A stretch of 55,186 nt of DNA from a virus (Duplodnaviria > Caudoviricetes), in the IMG/VR virus record IMGVR_UViG_3300030098_001384, positions 1 to 55,186 of that record. The stretch is one strand, 5' to 3'. Numbering within the stretch: position 1 is the stretch's first letter; each line of letters opens with the position of its first letter. The notes under the pieces were generated by a model. It worked only from the letters and a program-made list of their open reading frames with translations. It had not been told where the DNA came from and searched no databases. Positions 1-7,805 of this stretch are shown here, piece after piece. A program made the position numbers and the translations under genes.

Positions 1-101
1 TTGCAATGGATAGACCACCTGTATGTTTCCTTCTTTCATGGTAAAACTTTTGACCACCAAACACTAAGGTATTGAGACATAGACTACGATATGCACCTAT
101 A
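1..101. repeat. Terminal direct repeat (assembly circularisation overlap) with 55086-55186
   Basis: 1-98 identical to 55086-55183; one mismatch (99 A vs 55184 G), then 2 further matches. Confidence 0.95.
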
Positions 102-610
102 AAAGTTTGAAATGCCCATGATCCGTCTAAACTGTTAAATATATCAGTTCTTAATTGTACAATATCCCCATCTTTAACTTTATAATCATGGCTGTTAAAA
201 TGAATTGTTCTCCTTGCTTTTGCACCATTATCCCATGTGGCATCAATAATATCTACATTATCCGTATCAATGTTTTCATTAGCTAATAGTTTTTCTACAT
301 GCTTACTATACAGACTATAATGTGGCACTGTTTTGTACTTAGTAGAATGATTGCCTATAAAGTCTCCTGTATCAGAACGAATAATTGCCTTCTTTCCTTC
401 GGCTACTCTTTCAACCCCTACATCATTTCCATTTATATCTTTACTTTCAAAATAATAATGCAACGGCACTTCCTGTACACCAAAATCAAATAAAGATAAA
501 TCCTTTAAATTTTTATGCACTTTAGTTTCTGGTAGCTCATGAGTAGAAGTACCCATTACCTCATCAACTTGTCTTGTAGTAGTATTATTATTGTTCATTA
601 AATCGTACAT
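1..610 (-). CDS. 5' part of DUF932-like phage protein that wraps the contig origin (356 aa in total, continues 55085->54625)
   Basis: ATG at 610 with SD AGGAG; open frame MYDLMNN...IIRSDTGDFIGNHSTKYKTVPH...NSLDGSWAFQTFIGAYRSLCLNTLVFGG, in frame with ORF 54625..55149; N-S-x-D-G-S and R-x-x-C-x-N motifs typical of DUF932. Confidence 0.8.
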   Translation of the reverse strand, partial: MYDLMNNNNTTTRQVDEVMGTSTHELPETKVHKNLKDLSLFDFGVQEVPLHYYFESKDINGNDVGVERVAEGKKAIIRSDTGDFIGNHSTKYKTVPHYSLYSKHVEKLLANENIDTDNVDIIDATWDNGAKARRTIHFNSHDYKVKDGDIVQLRTDIFNSLDGSWAFQTFIGAYRSLCLNTLVFGGQKFYHERRKHTGGLSIA

Positions 611-684
611 TTTGTTCTCCTATTTTTATTGATTAAAAAAACTATTCTTATACAGAATAAGACCAATTGCAAACAAATAATTAA

Positions 685-1464
685 TTATTTTTTATTCTGT
701 ACAGAACTTTTTTTTTCTTTTCCAATATCTCCCACAATATGATGTCGTAAAACTGTTCCGTAAGGTAATTCCTGTACAAAATTATTTAATGTATCTATAT
801 CTTGTTGTGATTGACTGACAATTTTTTGCTGTGGCTGACTGACATTTTTTCTGGTATGTTCCCATTGTAGCCGTACTCTACCATAAGTACCATAACAACC
901 ACCTTGCTCCTCATTGCCTACTAAATCTTTTTTACTGCCATGAGCATGAAACACGATGACAAAATTTCTATCCTTCCTTGCACAAAGATCACAGTCTATA
1001 CAACCAACTTTTTTATTATACTCTGACGGACAACGAACAAATTTTATTTCTTTATGGACAAAGTGTTTTCTGACATTTTTATCGGACAAAGTTACTGTCG
1101 TGGGATAACCTTTATTGTGTACAGCAACAGCATCATTGACATTATCTGTAGAACGATTAATTGTCGTATGCTGTTTACTATCTCTTATTCTGTACAGAAA
1201 GTTAAAGTGAAAGTTTCTATTTTGTTTAAGTGATATATCCTCAAATTTAAAATGAGTATAAGTCCATGATCTACCACCTCGTGGCTTGGCATCTAATACA
1301 GCATCTAGATAATTCCAGTCAATTTGCCCTGTACTGACAGTATCGTTAGGATTCAATGGACAAATTTTAGGGCAAGTACCGAAAACGTCATTTTTGCCAG
1401 AACGATAGGTTACAGCACAATCGGTGGTTTTAATGGCTTGGCTTTTTTTAACTGTTTTTAACAT
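685..1464 (-). CDS. Cys-rich phage protein (Gp88/DUF7227-like, probable Fe-S or metal binding)
   Basis: TCPKICP, WTYTH, RCP...CIDCDLC, FHAHG, GCY and RHHIVGD motifs. Confidence 0.6.
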   Translation of the reverse strand: MLKTVKKSQAIKTTDCAVTYRSGKNDVFGTCPKICPLNPNDTVSTGQIDWNYLDAVLDAKPRGGRSWTYTHFKFEDISLKQNRNFHFNFLYRIRDSKQHTTINRSTDNVNDAVAVHNKGYPTTVTLSDKNVRKHFVHKEIKFVRCPSEYNKKVGCIDCDLCARKDRNFVIVFHAHGSKKDLVGNEEQGGCYGTYGRVRLQWEHTRKNVSQPQQKIVSQSQQDIDTLNNFVQELPYGTVLRHHIVGDIGKEKKSSVQNKK

Positions 1465-1648
1465 TAGGGTATCCTCCTACCAAATCCACGTACACTTGTC
1501 CATTAAAATTTGTTTTATTATTATGCTCGTCTTCTACAGATATATAAACTATATCCTCACTGCCATACTCGTGCTGACAACTATTAATTTGTACAATGGC
1601 ATCACTTGGCAATGTTTCTAATGCTTTTATCAATAATTTAACTTGCAT
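1448..1648 (-). CDS. Hypothetical early protein
   Basis: ORF track; MxVKxLIxALxxLPxDAxV start typical of small phage proteins. Confidence 0.65.
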   Translation of the reverse strand: MQVKLLIKALETLPSDAIVQINSCQHEYGSEDIVYISVEDEHNNKTNFNGQVYVDLVGGYPNVKNS

Positions 1649-1808
1649 GTTTCTTTACCTTCTGCTCGGTTATGATTGCTTTACCTTGTACAACCTTAAC
1701 ATCTATTTTCTTTCCTGTACCTAGATGATAACCAATTCGTGCATTTAATTTTATTAGATCAAGATTGTTCTGTACAGTAATAACTTCATGTAATTTAGTT
1801 TTTTTCAT
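1638..1808 (-). CDS. Small hypothetical early protein (56 aa, not in ORF track)
   Basis: Read from sequence: MKKTKLHEVITVQNNLDLIKLNARIGYHLG..., preceded by AGGAG. Confidence 0.55.
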   Translation of the reverse strand: MKKTKLHEVITVQNNLDLIKLNARIGYHLGTGKKIDVKVVQGKAIITEQKVKKHAS

Positions 1809-1830
1809 TTTCCCATTCTCCTTGTCTATT

Positions 1831-1995
1831 TTATTCTTCTTTTATATTTTCTATAATATCACAAATATAAATATCTCCATTCTGTACAGCATTAATTAAA
1901 AATTCTTTATGATCAATAGTGCCATTGTCTAAATTTTCACCTGTTTGTTTATCTACAATTATACTTCCAATGTCTACTATATATCCAGCTACCAT
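1831..1995 (-). CDS. Small hypothetical early protein (54 aa, not in ORF track)
   Basis: Read from sequence: MVAGYIVDIGSIIVDKQTGENLDNGTIDHKEFL..., SD AGGAG. Confidence 0.55.
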   Translation of the reverse strand: MVAGYIVDIGSIIVDKQTGENLDNGTIDHKEFLINAVQNGDIYICDIIENIKEE

Positions 1996-2329
1996 CTCCA
2001 TTCTCCTTGTTTGTACAGAGACACATTTATAATATCTTTAGAAGTGTTTTATTATAATAACAAATATCTTTATAAGTGTTCATAAATGTATCTCCTATAG
2101 TGGCAAGGCTTTCTCTATGCTTACTTTCCCTTGCCACAACATAAACTAAATCACAACTAAAAATACTTGTCAACTATTTTTTCTTTTTTCTAAAATATAA
2201 TCTAAATCATTCTGTGCCTTTTCTTTTGTACTGTACAGAGTAAGGTATTGTTTTGTTTCCGTATTATATATAGCATACATAAAATAATTATTTTGCTCGT
2301 AAGGTAATATTATTAAATCGGCTGACATT

Positions 2330-2587
2330 TTATAAATTATTCTCCCTATGTTCTTTCCATACTTCACTGACAAATTCTTCCAAATACTCCTCTGCATAAT
2401 TAGAGTCAAGTGACAAATCTTTGTATTTATCTGTTGACAAAAGTTTCTCAGCTTGTTTCGTGGCATCGGCAACATCGTCTGACAATTCTTTGACAATTTT
2501 TTCCACAGCTATTTGAAAGTCTATTTCTATCTCTAATATATCTTGCTTGTACTGTGTCATAGTTTGTAACCTTCCATTGTAAACCAT
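2330..2587 (-). CDS. Hypothetical acidic early protein
   Basis: ORF track; tightly packed with neighbouring genes. Confidence 0.6.
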   Translation of the reverse strand: MVYNGRLQTMTQYKQDILEIEIDFQIAVEKIVKELSDDVADATKQAEKLLSTDKYKDLSLDSNYAEEYLEEFVSEVWKEHRENNL

Positions 2588-3072
2588 TTAGGCATAGGCC
2601 TTGACTTTTCCCACTTGGCTATGTCTTTCTTGTCGTTGACATAATATCTCCTGTATGCCCTAACTGCGTTGTTATGGATACGTAACTTAGTAGATTTATA
2701 TTTGTCTGGCATACACTGTGGGTGTGGTGTTTTTTCCGTATCTTGATATTGCAACGTACCCCAATCTGTTTCTCTTAAATCCATAATAACTTGCTGACAT
2801 TTATGTATCTTATTATATCTCCTAGTGTACTCAAAACATAACTCCATGCCATGCTGTACTAACCAACAAAAATTATCAGCACTATCTCCTGCCCATAATG
2901 TACAGGGATGATTTTTATGTACCTCTCTATAAGGCACTAAATGGCCTTGTCCATGTCTATGAAACACAGAACATAACATTTGTGCTGTTTCTAATGGCAT
3001 CTTGACAATGTGCTTGTCACACTGCATTTGTGCTGACTGTACAGGACACTCGTCTAGTACGAATATGTTCAT
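2557..3072 (-). CDS. Pyrimidine-dimer DNA glycosylase / endonuclease V-like family protein
   Basis: MNIFVLD..P..SAQMQCDKHIVKMPLETAQML and HPCTLW...YRRYY signature. Confidence 0.8.
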   Translation of the reverse strand: MNIFVLDECPVQSAQMQCDKHIVKMPLETAQMLCSVFHRHGQGHLVPYREVHKNHPCTLWAGDSADNFCWLVQHGMELCFEYTRRYNKIHKCQQVIMDLRETDWGTLQYQDTEKTPHPQCMPDKYKSTKLRIHNNAVRAYRRYYVNDKKDIAKWEKSRPMPKWFTMEGYKL

Positions 3073-3225
3073 GTCAATCTCCTTCTAATTCTTCTAAATT
3101 AAAATCTACTCTATCCTCTATACTATTGTCAACCATTACTACATTTCTTATATCGTCTTTAAAAAAACCATAGCACTCTAACTCTTGATTGCATTGTTGT
3201 AGCTTGTGTATTATTTCTTTTACTT

Positions 3226-3438
3226 TCATTCTACTTTCTCCACTTTAATTTCCCAAGCAAACTCTCCATCATCATTAGAATCTTCAAATGATATGGCATC
3301 ATATACATTGTCATCTCCATAATCATCAATAAAAGTTATGTCTACTTTTAAATGGTGTGGTTTTAAAAGTTTATTAATAACCTCAACACTATTCTCTAAA
3401 GCATTAGATTTATAGCTGTCGTTAAATACTATTTTCAT
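3226..3438 (-). CDS. Hypothetical early protein
   Basis: ORF track; overlapping gene packing. Confidence 0.55.
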   Translation of the reverse strand: MKIVFNDSYKSNALENSVEVINKLLKPHHLKVDITFIDDYGDDNVYDAISFEDSNDDGEFAWEIKVEKVE

Positions 3439-3604
3439 AACTCTTTACTCCAAAATAATTTTCCATAACTGTTATCTGATCTTGTATATGTTCTAAATCT
3501 TCTTTCGTTACATCTTCAACTTCATCTAAACAACAGGCAATAGATATACTTGCTTCTTTTACTGCTTCTACTACTTCTGGGGGTGCAATGTAATCTTCGT
3601 TCAT
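3422..3604 (-). CDS. Hypothetical early protein
   Basis: ORF track; SD GGAGGTGG. Confidence 0.6.
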   Translation of the reverse strand: MNEDYIAPPEVVEAVKEASISIACCLDEVEDVTKEDLEHIQDQITVMENYFGVKSYENSI

Positions 3605-3780
3605 AGTTCCACCACCTCCTCTAACTCTGCATCTATATAATCTTGTTTCTCACAACCACACAATTCACCACTGATATGAATGCCACCGTCTTTCACTAAA
3701 ATTTCCCTTGCTTCTTTTTCAGTCTTTGCTTCTATAGTATAGACATAACAGCATGGCACTGTAAAAGTATATTCTTTCAT
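3601..3780 (-). CDS. Small hypothetical protein (59 aa, not in track)
   Basis: MKEYTFTVPCCYVYTIEAKTEKEARE...; ATGA overlap with next gene, SD GGAGG. Confidence 0.6.
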   Translation of the reverse strand: MKEYTFTVPCCYVYTIEAKTEKEAREILVKDGGIHISGELCGCEKQDYIDAELEEVVEL

Positions 3781-3950
3781 AGTTCCACCTCCCTTAAAAC
3801 TTCTTCCAAATCATCTTCCTCAATTCTATCACATATAAACGAATGGTCAAACTTATATGTGGTTCTCCAATATCTTACCTTTCCATTCTTATCTTCAGTT
3901 TCAAATGTAAGTTCACTCACACATAAACTTGCTAATTCTTCTTTGGTCAT
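3777..3950 (-). CDS. Small hypothetical protein (57 aa, not in track)
   Basis: MTKEELASLCVSELTFETEDKNGKVRYW...; ATGA overlaps on both sides. Confidence 0.6.
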   Translation of the reverse strand: MTKEELASLCVSELTFETEDKNGKVRYWRTTYKFDHSFICDRIEEDDLEEVLREVEL

Positions 3951-4078
3951 TTCCCCTGTCCTCTATATTTTTTCCATAATCTTCTCTTGTTCTTATTCTT
4001 TGGTCTGCTTAAATTGGAATCACCGATAGCTGTTCTTTTTCTAACAGTTTCGTTCCTGTACACAAAGCTACTTCTCAT
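3947..4078 (-). CDS. Small basic protein (43 aa, not in track)
   Basis: MRSSFVYRNETVRKRTAIG...KRRLWKKYRGQGK; the KKYRGQG ending is common in small marine phage proteins. Confidence 0.6.
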   Translation of the reverse strand: MRSSFVYRNETVRKRTAIGDSNLSRPKNKNKRRLWKKYRGQGK

Positions 4079-4265
4079 CTACTTTCTCCTCTAAACTTTG
4101 TAAATAATCTAATACATCATCTATACACTCCCCAATAGTGTAATCTGTACCTTCGTTATCCTTTGGCAATTTTTGTATATCTTTAGGGACACTTCTTTTT
4201 ATATCCCACATATCACAAATTGCAGAAGTTAAATCATTTTTATATATCATTATACATTCTCCCAT
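4068..4265 (-). CDS. Hypothetical early protein
   Basis: ORF track. Confidence 0.55.
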   Translation of the reverse strand: MGECIMIYKNDLTSAICDMWDIKRSVPKDIQKLPKDNEGTDYTIGECIDDVLDYLQSLEEKVDEK

Positions 4266-4444
4266 TTATCTATCTTCCACAATAAAACTTCAGCAAGTTC
4301 TTTTCTTCCTGCACAGATACCATCACTAATACTTTCTGCTGTATCTTCATCCAAATCGGGATCTGTGTCATCTATCTCTTTCTGTAGATAATCCTTAACT
4401 TTTTGTATTAGCTGATTAGCTAAATCGTCTGGGTTACCTCTCAT
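4250..4444 (-). CDS. Hypothetical early protein
   Basis: ORF track; SD GAGGAG. Confidence 0.6.
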   Translation of the reverse strand: MRGNPDDLANQLIQKVKDYLQKEIDDTDPDLDEDTAESISDGICAGRKELAEVLLWKIDKWENV

Positions 4445-4607
4445 CTACATTCTCCTCTTTTATATTACTTATTTCCTTATCAGTTAATACTATACCATAC
4501 TCCTCAAGAAATCCATCCTTTACTCCCTGTATGTATTCTTCTTTGTTCTTTGCTGTATAATTATTACCAGACCAACACACAGTTACATCACAATAATATT
4601 CATTCAT
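4434..4607 (-). CDS. Small hypothetical protein (57 aa, not in track)
   Basis: MNEYYCDVTVCWSGNNYTAKNKEEYIQ...; SD GAGGAG. Confidence 0.55.
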   Translation of the reverse strand: MNEYYCDVTVCWSGNNYTAKNKEEYIQGVKDGFLEEYGIVLTDKEISNIKEENVDER

Positions 4608-4803
4608 CTACATTCTCCTCTAAATATTTTATATATTTCTCTTGCCAATGTTTACTTAACTCTGTCATAGGAATATACTTATATCCTGTAAGTTTAGCAT
4701 CTTCTTTAACTTCATCTAAATTTCCATAGATTAACCATAAGGCCTGTGTTGGCTTGTTGTTATCATCTACTAAAACATAATCAGTTTCATTTAGTTTAAC
4801 CAT
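4600..4803 (-). CDS. Hypothetical early protein
   Basis: ORF track; SD AAGGAG. Confidence 0.6.
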   Translation of the reverse strand: MVKLNETDYVLVDDNNKPTQALWLIYGNLDEVKEDAKLTGYKYIPMTELSKHWQEKYIKYLEENVDE

Positions 4804-4862
4804 TTCCGTTCTCCTTTATCTAACCCTTGCACAGCACAAAAACCTTGTCAAGCATTTTTTTC

Positions 4863-4901
4863 AAAAAAAAAAGAGCAGTCTAATTAAAGACCACTCTCTT
4901 T
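4863..4901 (-). terminator. Rho-independent terminator
   Basis: AGAGTGGTCT-TTAATT-AGACTGCTCT stem followed by a T run. Confidence 0.75.
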
Positions 4902-5061
4902 CCTTTGTTGGCATATTTTATACTCCTTGTGTCAATTCACTGAGACAGGTATAATTTTAATCATTTAGCCTGTACTGACATCCTGTGTCCTTTCATGCCT
5001 GAACCAACAAAACTTCCTGAATGAGACTTGACTATACAATGTCTCCAATCAGGAAACTTCT

Positions 5062-5373
5062 CTATACAGCAAACTCTAGCTGTTCTTCATCCTCTCCATA
5101 TTTACCTTCTTCAAGGCGGTAGTGATATACACCACCAATCCATTTACCAACGACATTTTTTCTGCCGTAAGGTTTTTTTCGTAAACTACGAATACCCGCA
5201 GAAGTTCCTGTTTCTAGATAGCCAATTCTTCTGGATATCTCCTGTACAGAATGCCAACCACCGTCTGCCAATACATCAAGTATTCTTGATGACATTCCTC
5301 TGCGTTTATGGTATGTCTTTTTTTCTTTTTCTTTAGTCATCTTCTTTCTCCTCATATGCGTTAGGGTGTCCAT
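5062..5373 (-). CDS. Winged-HTH-like DNA-binding protein
   Basis: ILDVLADGGWHSVQEISRRIG...SAGIRSLRK...YHYRL pattern. Confidence 0.6.
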   Translation of the reverse strand: MDTLTHMRRKKMTKEKEKKTYHKRRGMSSRILDVLADGGWHSVQEISRRIGYLETGTSAGIRSLRKKPYGRKNVVGKWIGGVYHYRLEEGKYGEDEEQLEFAV

Positions 5374-5692
5374 CTCTGACTAAATCTTGCCAAAAGGCTT
5401 TGTGAATTTTTCCTTTATCTTCACCATGCTCTATAGTCATTTGTTGATATTTTAGGTTTGCTTCTTCTATTACTTTGTCATAAGCCCTGTCAAGTTTAGT
5501 TATGGCAGAGTAAGTAACATACTCTACCCCACTTTCGTTAATATCTTGTACAAGAGTTTTGACATGATTTATAAGCAATAGCTGTGCATCAGTAACTTCC
5601 ACCGATTGCACCTTTTCTTTTTTCTTCGCTTTAGCCATATCTTCATTCTCCTTCATTTTTAACTCTTTTTCTAACCATTTTATAAATGACAT
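5333..5692 (-). CDS. Hypothetical protein
   Basis: ORF track. Confidence 0.6.
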   Translation of the reverse strand: MSFIKWLEKELKMKENEDMAKAKKKEKVQSVEVTDAQLLLINHVKTLVQDINESGVEYVTYSAITKLDRAYDKVIEEANLKYQQMTIEHGEDKGKIHKAFWQDLVRDGHPNAYEEKEDD

Positions 5693-5696
5693 AATT

Positions 5697-5879
5697 TTAC
5701 TCCCCTGTCAAATTTTTTTTCTTTTTCTTTTTATAATGATACAATTCATCTGTCAACTCTTTTATTCTTTTGTATGCTTTCCTAAGCTGATCTTGTACTT
5801 CTTTGACATTTTTTCTAAGCAATTCATTTTCATTTACAAGTTTTAAGAGATGTTTCATGGCTATACAGGATCTCCCCAA
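5697..5879 (-). CDS. Small coiled-coil protein
   Basis: ORF track; heptad-like ENELLRKNVKEVQDQLRKAYKRIKEL. Confidence 0.55.
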   Translation of the reverse strand: MGRSCIAMKHLLKLVNENELLRKNVKEVQDQLRKAYKRIKELTDELYHYKKKKKKNLTGE

Positions 5880-6115
5880 GGGGTGTACATTTTTATCCTG
5901 TCATCTGGAAGAGTATCTACTTTTACACACAAGCTATTAACAGGCCTAGTTCTTATACGAGGGTTTTCGTCACGAACAGCTTTCGTCATAGTTTCTGTCA
6001 TCAAAAGACACTCTTCCAAATGCAATGGCTCATAGTATACATACTTTGTTAAGTCATCAACAGTAGAACAACTTTTCAAACAAAATGTAATTATGGCGTA
6101 ATAGAAATACTCCAT
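5861..6115 (-). CDS. Hypothetical Cys-containing protein
   Basis: ORF track. Confidence 0.55.
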   Translation of the reverse strand: MEYFYYAIITFCLKSCSTVDDLTKYVYYEPLHLEECLLMTETMTKAVRDENPRIRTRPVNSLCVKVDTLPDDRIKMYTPWGDPV

Positions 6116-6363
6116 CAGCTTTTAGTTTCCTCTACAGGAGCATCTTGTGTTCTTTGTCCTTGTAGTGCTTTTATTTGCTTATCTACATTTTCTATATTTG
6201 CCTGTAGAGACTTCTTATGCTCTTCCAATGCTTGTATTCTACTGTCTATCTTCTTATTCATTAACGTATTGTATTCGCTATCTTTCATAACATATACAGT
6301 TGGTGTCTGCATAGTTGTTCGCATGAAAGCTAGGCCTAAGTTGTGCATATCATCCATCCACAT
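6115..6363 (-). CDS. Coiled-coil hypothetical protein
   Basis: ORF track; 1-nt stop/start overlaps. Confidence 0.6.
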   Translation of the reverse strand: MWMDDMHNLGLAFMRTTMQTPTVYVMKDSEYNTLMNKKIDSRIQALEEHKKSLQANIENVDKQIKALQGQRTQDAPVEETKS

Positions 6364-6692
6364 TATATTTCTCCTTCTACATAAATGTTGCCTGTGTTTC
6401 CCACAAAGCGTTTGATTATAGTTTTACCACACCTAATGTCTACGATAGTATTTAAGTTTATATTTCTATATCCTTTATTTTTTAAATCATATACAGTTAG
6501 GTATTTATCTCTGTTATTAAAATTTTTACCGCCTTTGAAATGTTTTGTAACTTGTAGTCTACAATTCATTTCTCGGACTTCTCCGTTCTTTTTTACAAAA
6601 GTAGCTTTAAAAATTTTATGCCCTACAGCTTTCTTAATAGCAGGAGACACTAATGCTTCAGTGTATAGTTTCATCATCATTATCCTCTTCAT
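6363..6692 (-). CDS. SH3/WYL-like beta-barrel phage protein (DUF2693-like)
   Basis: FKATFVKKNGEVREMNC...YDLKNKGYRNINL motif. Confidence 0.65.
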   Translation of the reverse strand: MKRIMMMKLYTEALVSPAIKKAVGHKIFKATFVKKNGEVREMNCRLQVTKHFKGGKNFNNRDKYLTVYDLKNKGYRNINLNTIVDIRCGKTIIKRFVGNTGNIYVEGEI

Positions 6693-6858
6693 TATATCTG
6701 TCTATCTCAAATACCAATGATATAAATATTCCTGTAAATACGTTTAATATTATACTACATTGATCTACCTTAGATAAACCCAATAACATATACTTATTAC
6801 ATAAGTCAAGTAAATCTTTGGAAAAACTCTCAGTTACCTTTTTATATTTATCGGACAT
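6658..6858 (-). CDS. Hypothetical protein, first gene of the early block
   Basis: ORF track; SD AAGGA, directly downstream of promoter. Confidence 0.55.
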   Translation of the reverse strand: MSDKYKKVTESFSKDLLDLCNKYMLLGLSKVDQCSIILNVFTGIFISLVFEIDRYNEEDNDDETIH

Positions 6859-6884
6859 ATAGTGTTTCCTTATAGGGTTACTTA

Positions 6885-6913
6885 TATATAGCGATTGATT
6901 TTCTGGTTGTCAA
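6885..6913 (-). promoter_or_regulatory. Sigma70-type promoter for the early block
   Basis: TTGACA-17 nt-TATATA (CGCTATA context). Confidence 0.7.
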
Positions 6914-6937
6914 GTGTTCGGGCAAAAAAAATTTTTG

Positions 6938-6966
6938 TTGACATAATTTTAAAAAGGTATTAGTAA
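6938..6966 (+). promoter_or_regulatory. Sigma70-type promoter for the replication block (divergent partner)
   Basis: TTGACA at 6938 after an A/T tract; -10 element weaker (TAGTAA at 17 nt). Confidence 0.55.
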
Positions 6967-7805
6967 TGGACATAGATAGATTTATTAGGAGAACTTATAT
7001 GAACGGAGAGTTTGATGTTGTTGACTTTGTTAAGGCATTATCTTTGCCAAATGAAGAATCATATAGAGGCGATTGCCCTGTTTGTTTTCGTAAAAACACT
7101 TTCAGTGTTACTAATACTTCTGGGAGGATTTTGTATAATTGTTACCACGCTGACTGCTCTGTTGGAGGATCTACAAAGGCGGGGCAACTTATTCAGACAC
7201 AGAATAAACCACAAGTTAAAAAAGCACCTAGAGTAGATTTATCTGTATATGACAAACAATGGGTAGGTTTAGATCGTAGCCAGAGAGCTGTTGACTATTT
7301 ACAGTCTGTACAGAGTTATCATGCCTACAAACATAGACACGCTACTATACGATATGACATTAAGGAAGACAGATGTGTGTTTCTTGTATATGACGGAATG
7401 ACATTAGTTGATGCTGTAGGAAGAGCACTAACTAATATCAAACCAAAATGGAAAAGATATGCATCATCTAAAATACCATTTGTGACAAACAACAAAAGTG
7501 ATTACCTAATAATTGTAGAAGATTGTGCATCGGCTTGTGCTGTGACAATGGCGGATGTACGAGGTATGGCACTCATGGGAACAAATCTCTTGACACAATA
7601 TTTAAAGTATTGTAAGGGATACAAACAGGTTACTATGGCACTTGACAAAGATGCGTCAAAGAAAGCCATGAAGCTTGTCCATGAGTTGTCTATACATGTA
7701 AGAACAAAATTAAAATTATTAGACAGTGATATTAAAACTTGGACAACAGAAAAAATTACAGGAGAATTTGGTTGTCGTGGTTTACCAGATGAGGGGGCAG
7801 ATTAG
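6966..7805 (+). CDS. DNA primase (Zn finger + TOPRIM); likely start ATG 6999
   Basis: CPVC...CYHADC zinc ribbon; VED and DKD TOPRIM acidic motifs; adjacent to helicase. Confidence 0.85.
   Translation: MDIDRFIRRTYMNGEFDVVDFVKALSLPNEESYRGDCPVCFRKNTFSVTNTSGRILYNCYHADCSVGGSTKAGQLIQTQNKPQVKKAPRVDLSVYDKQWVGLDRSQRAVDYLQSVQSYHAYKHRHATIRYDIKEDRCVFLVYDGMTLVDAVGRALTNIKPKWKRYASSKIPFVTNNKSDYLIIVEDCASACAVTMADVRGMALMGTNLLTQYLKYCKGYKQVTMALDKDASKKAMKLVHELSIHVRTKLKLLDSDIKTWTTEKITGEFGCRGLPDEGAD

Noticed and set aside
2170-2496. 108-aa ORF as a single gene
   Set aside because: The first half overlaps 2330..2587 out of frame; only the C-terminal part from MSADL (about 2328) looks real
5200-5290. LADGG in the HTH protein as part of the GG-tag set
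   Set aside because: Falls in the usual L-x-D-G turn of a winged-HTH in an early gene; likely coincidental
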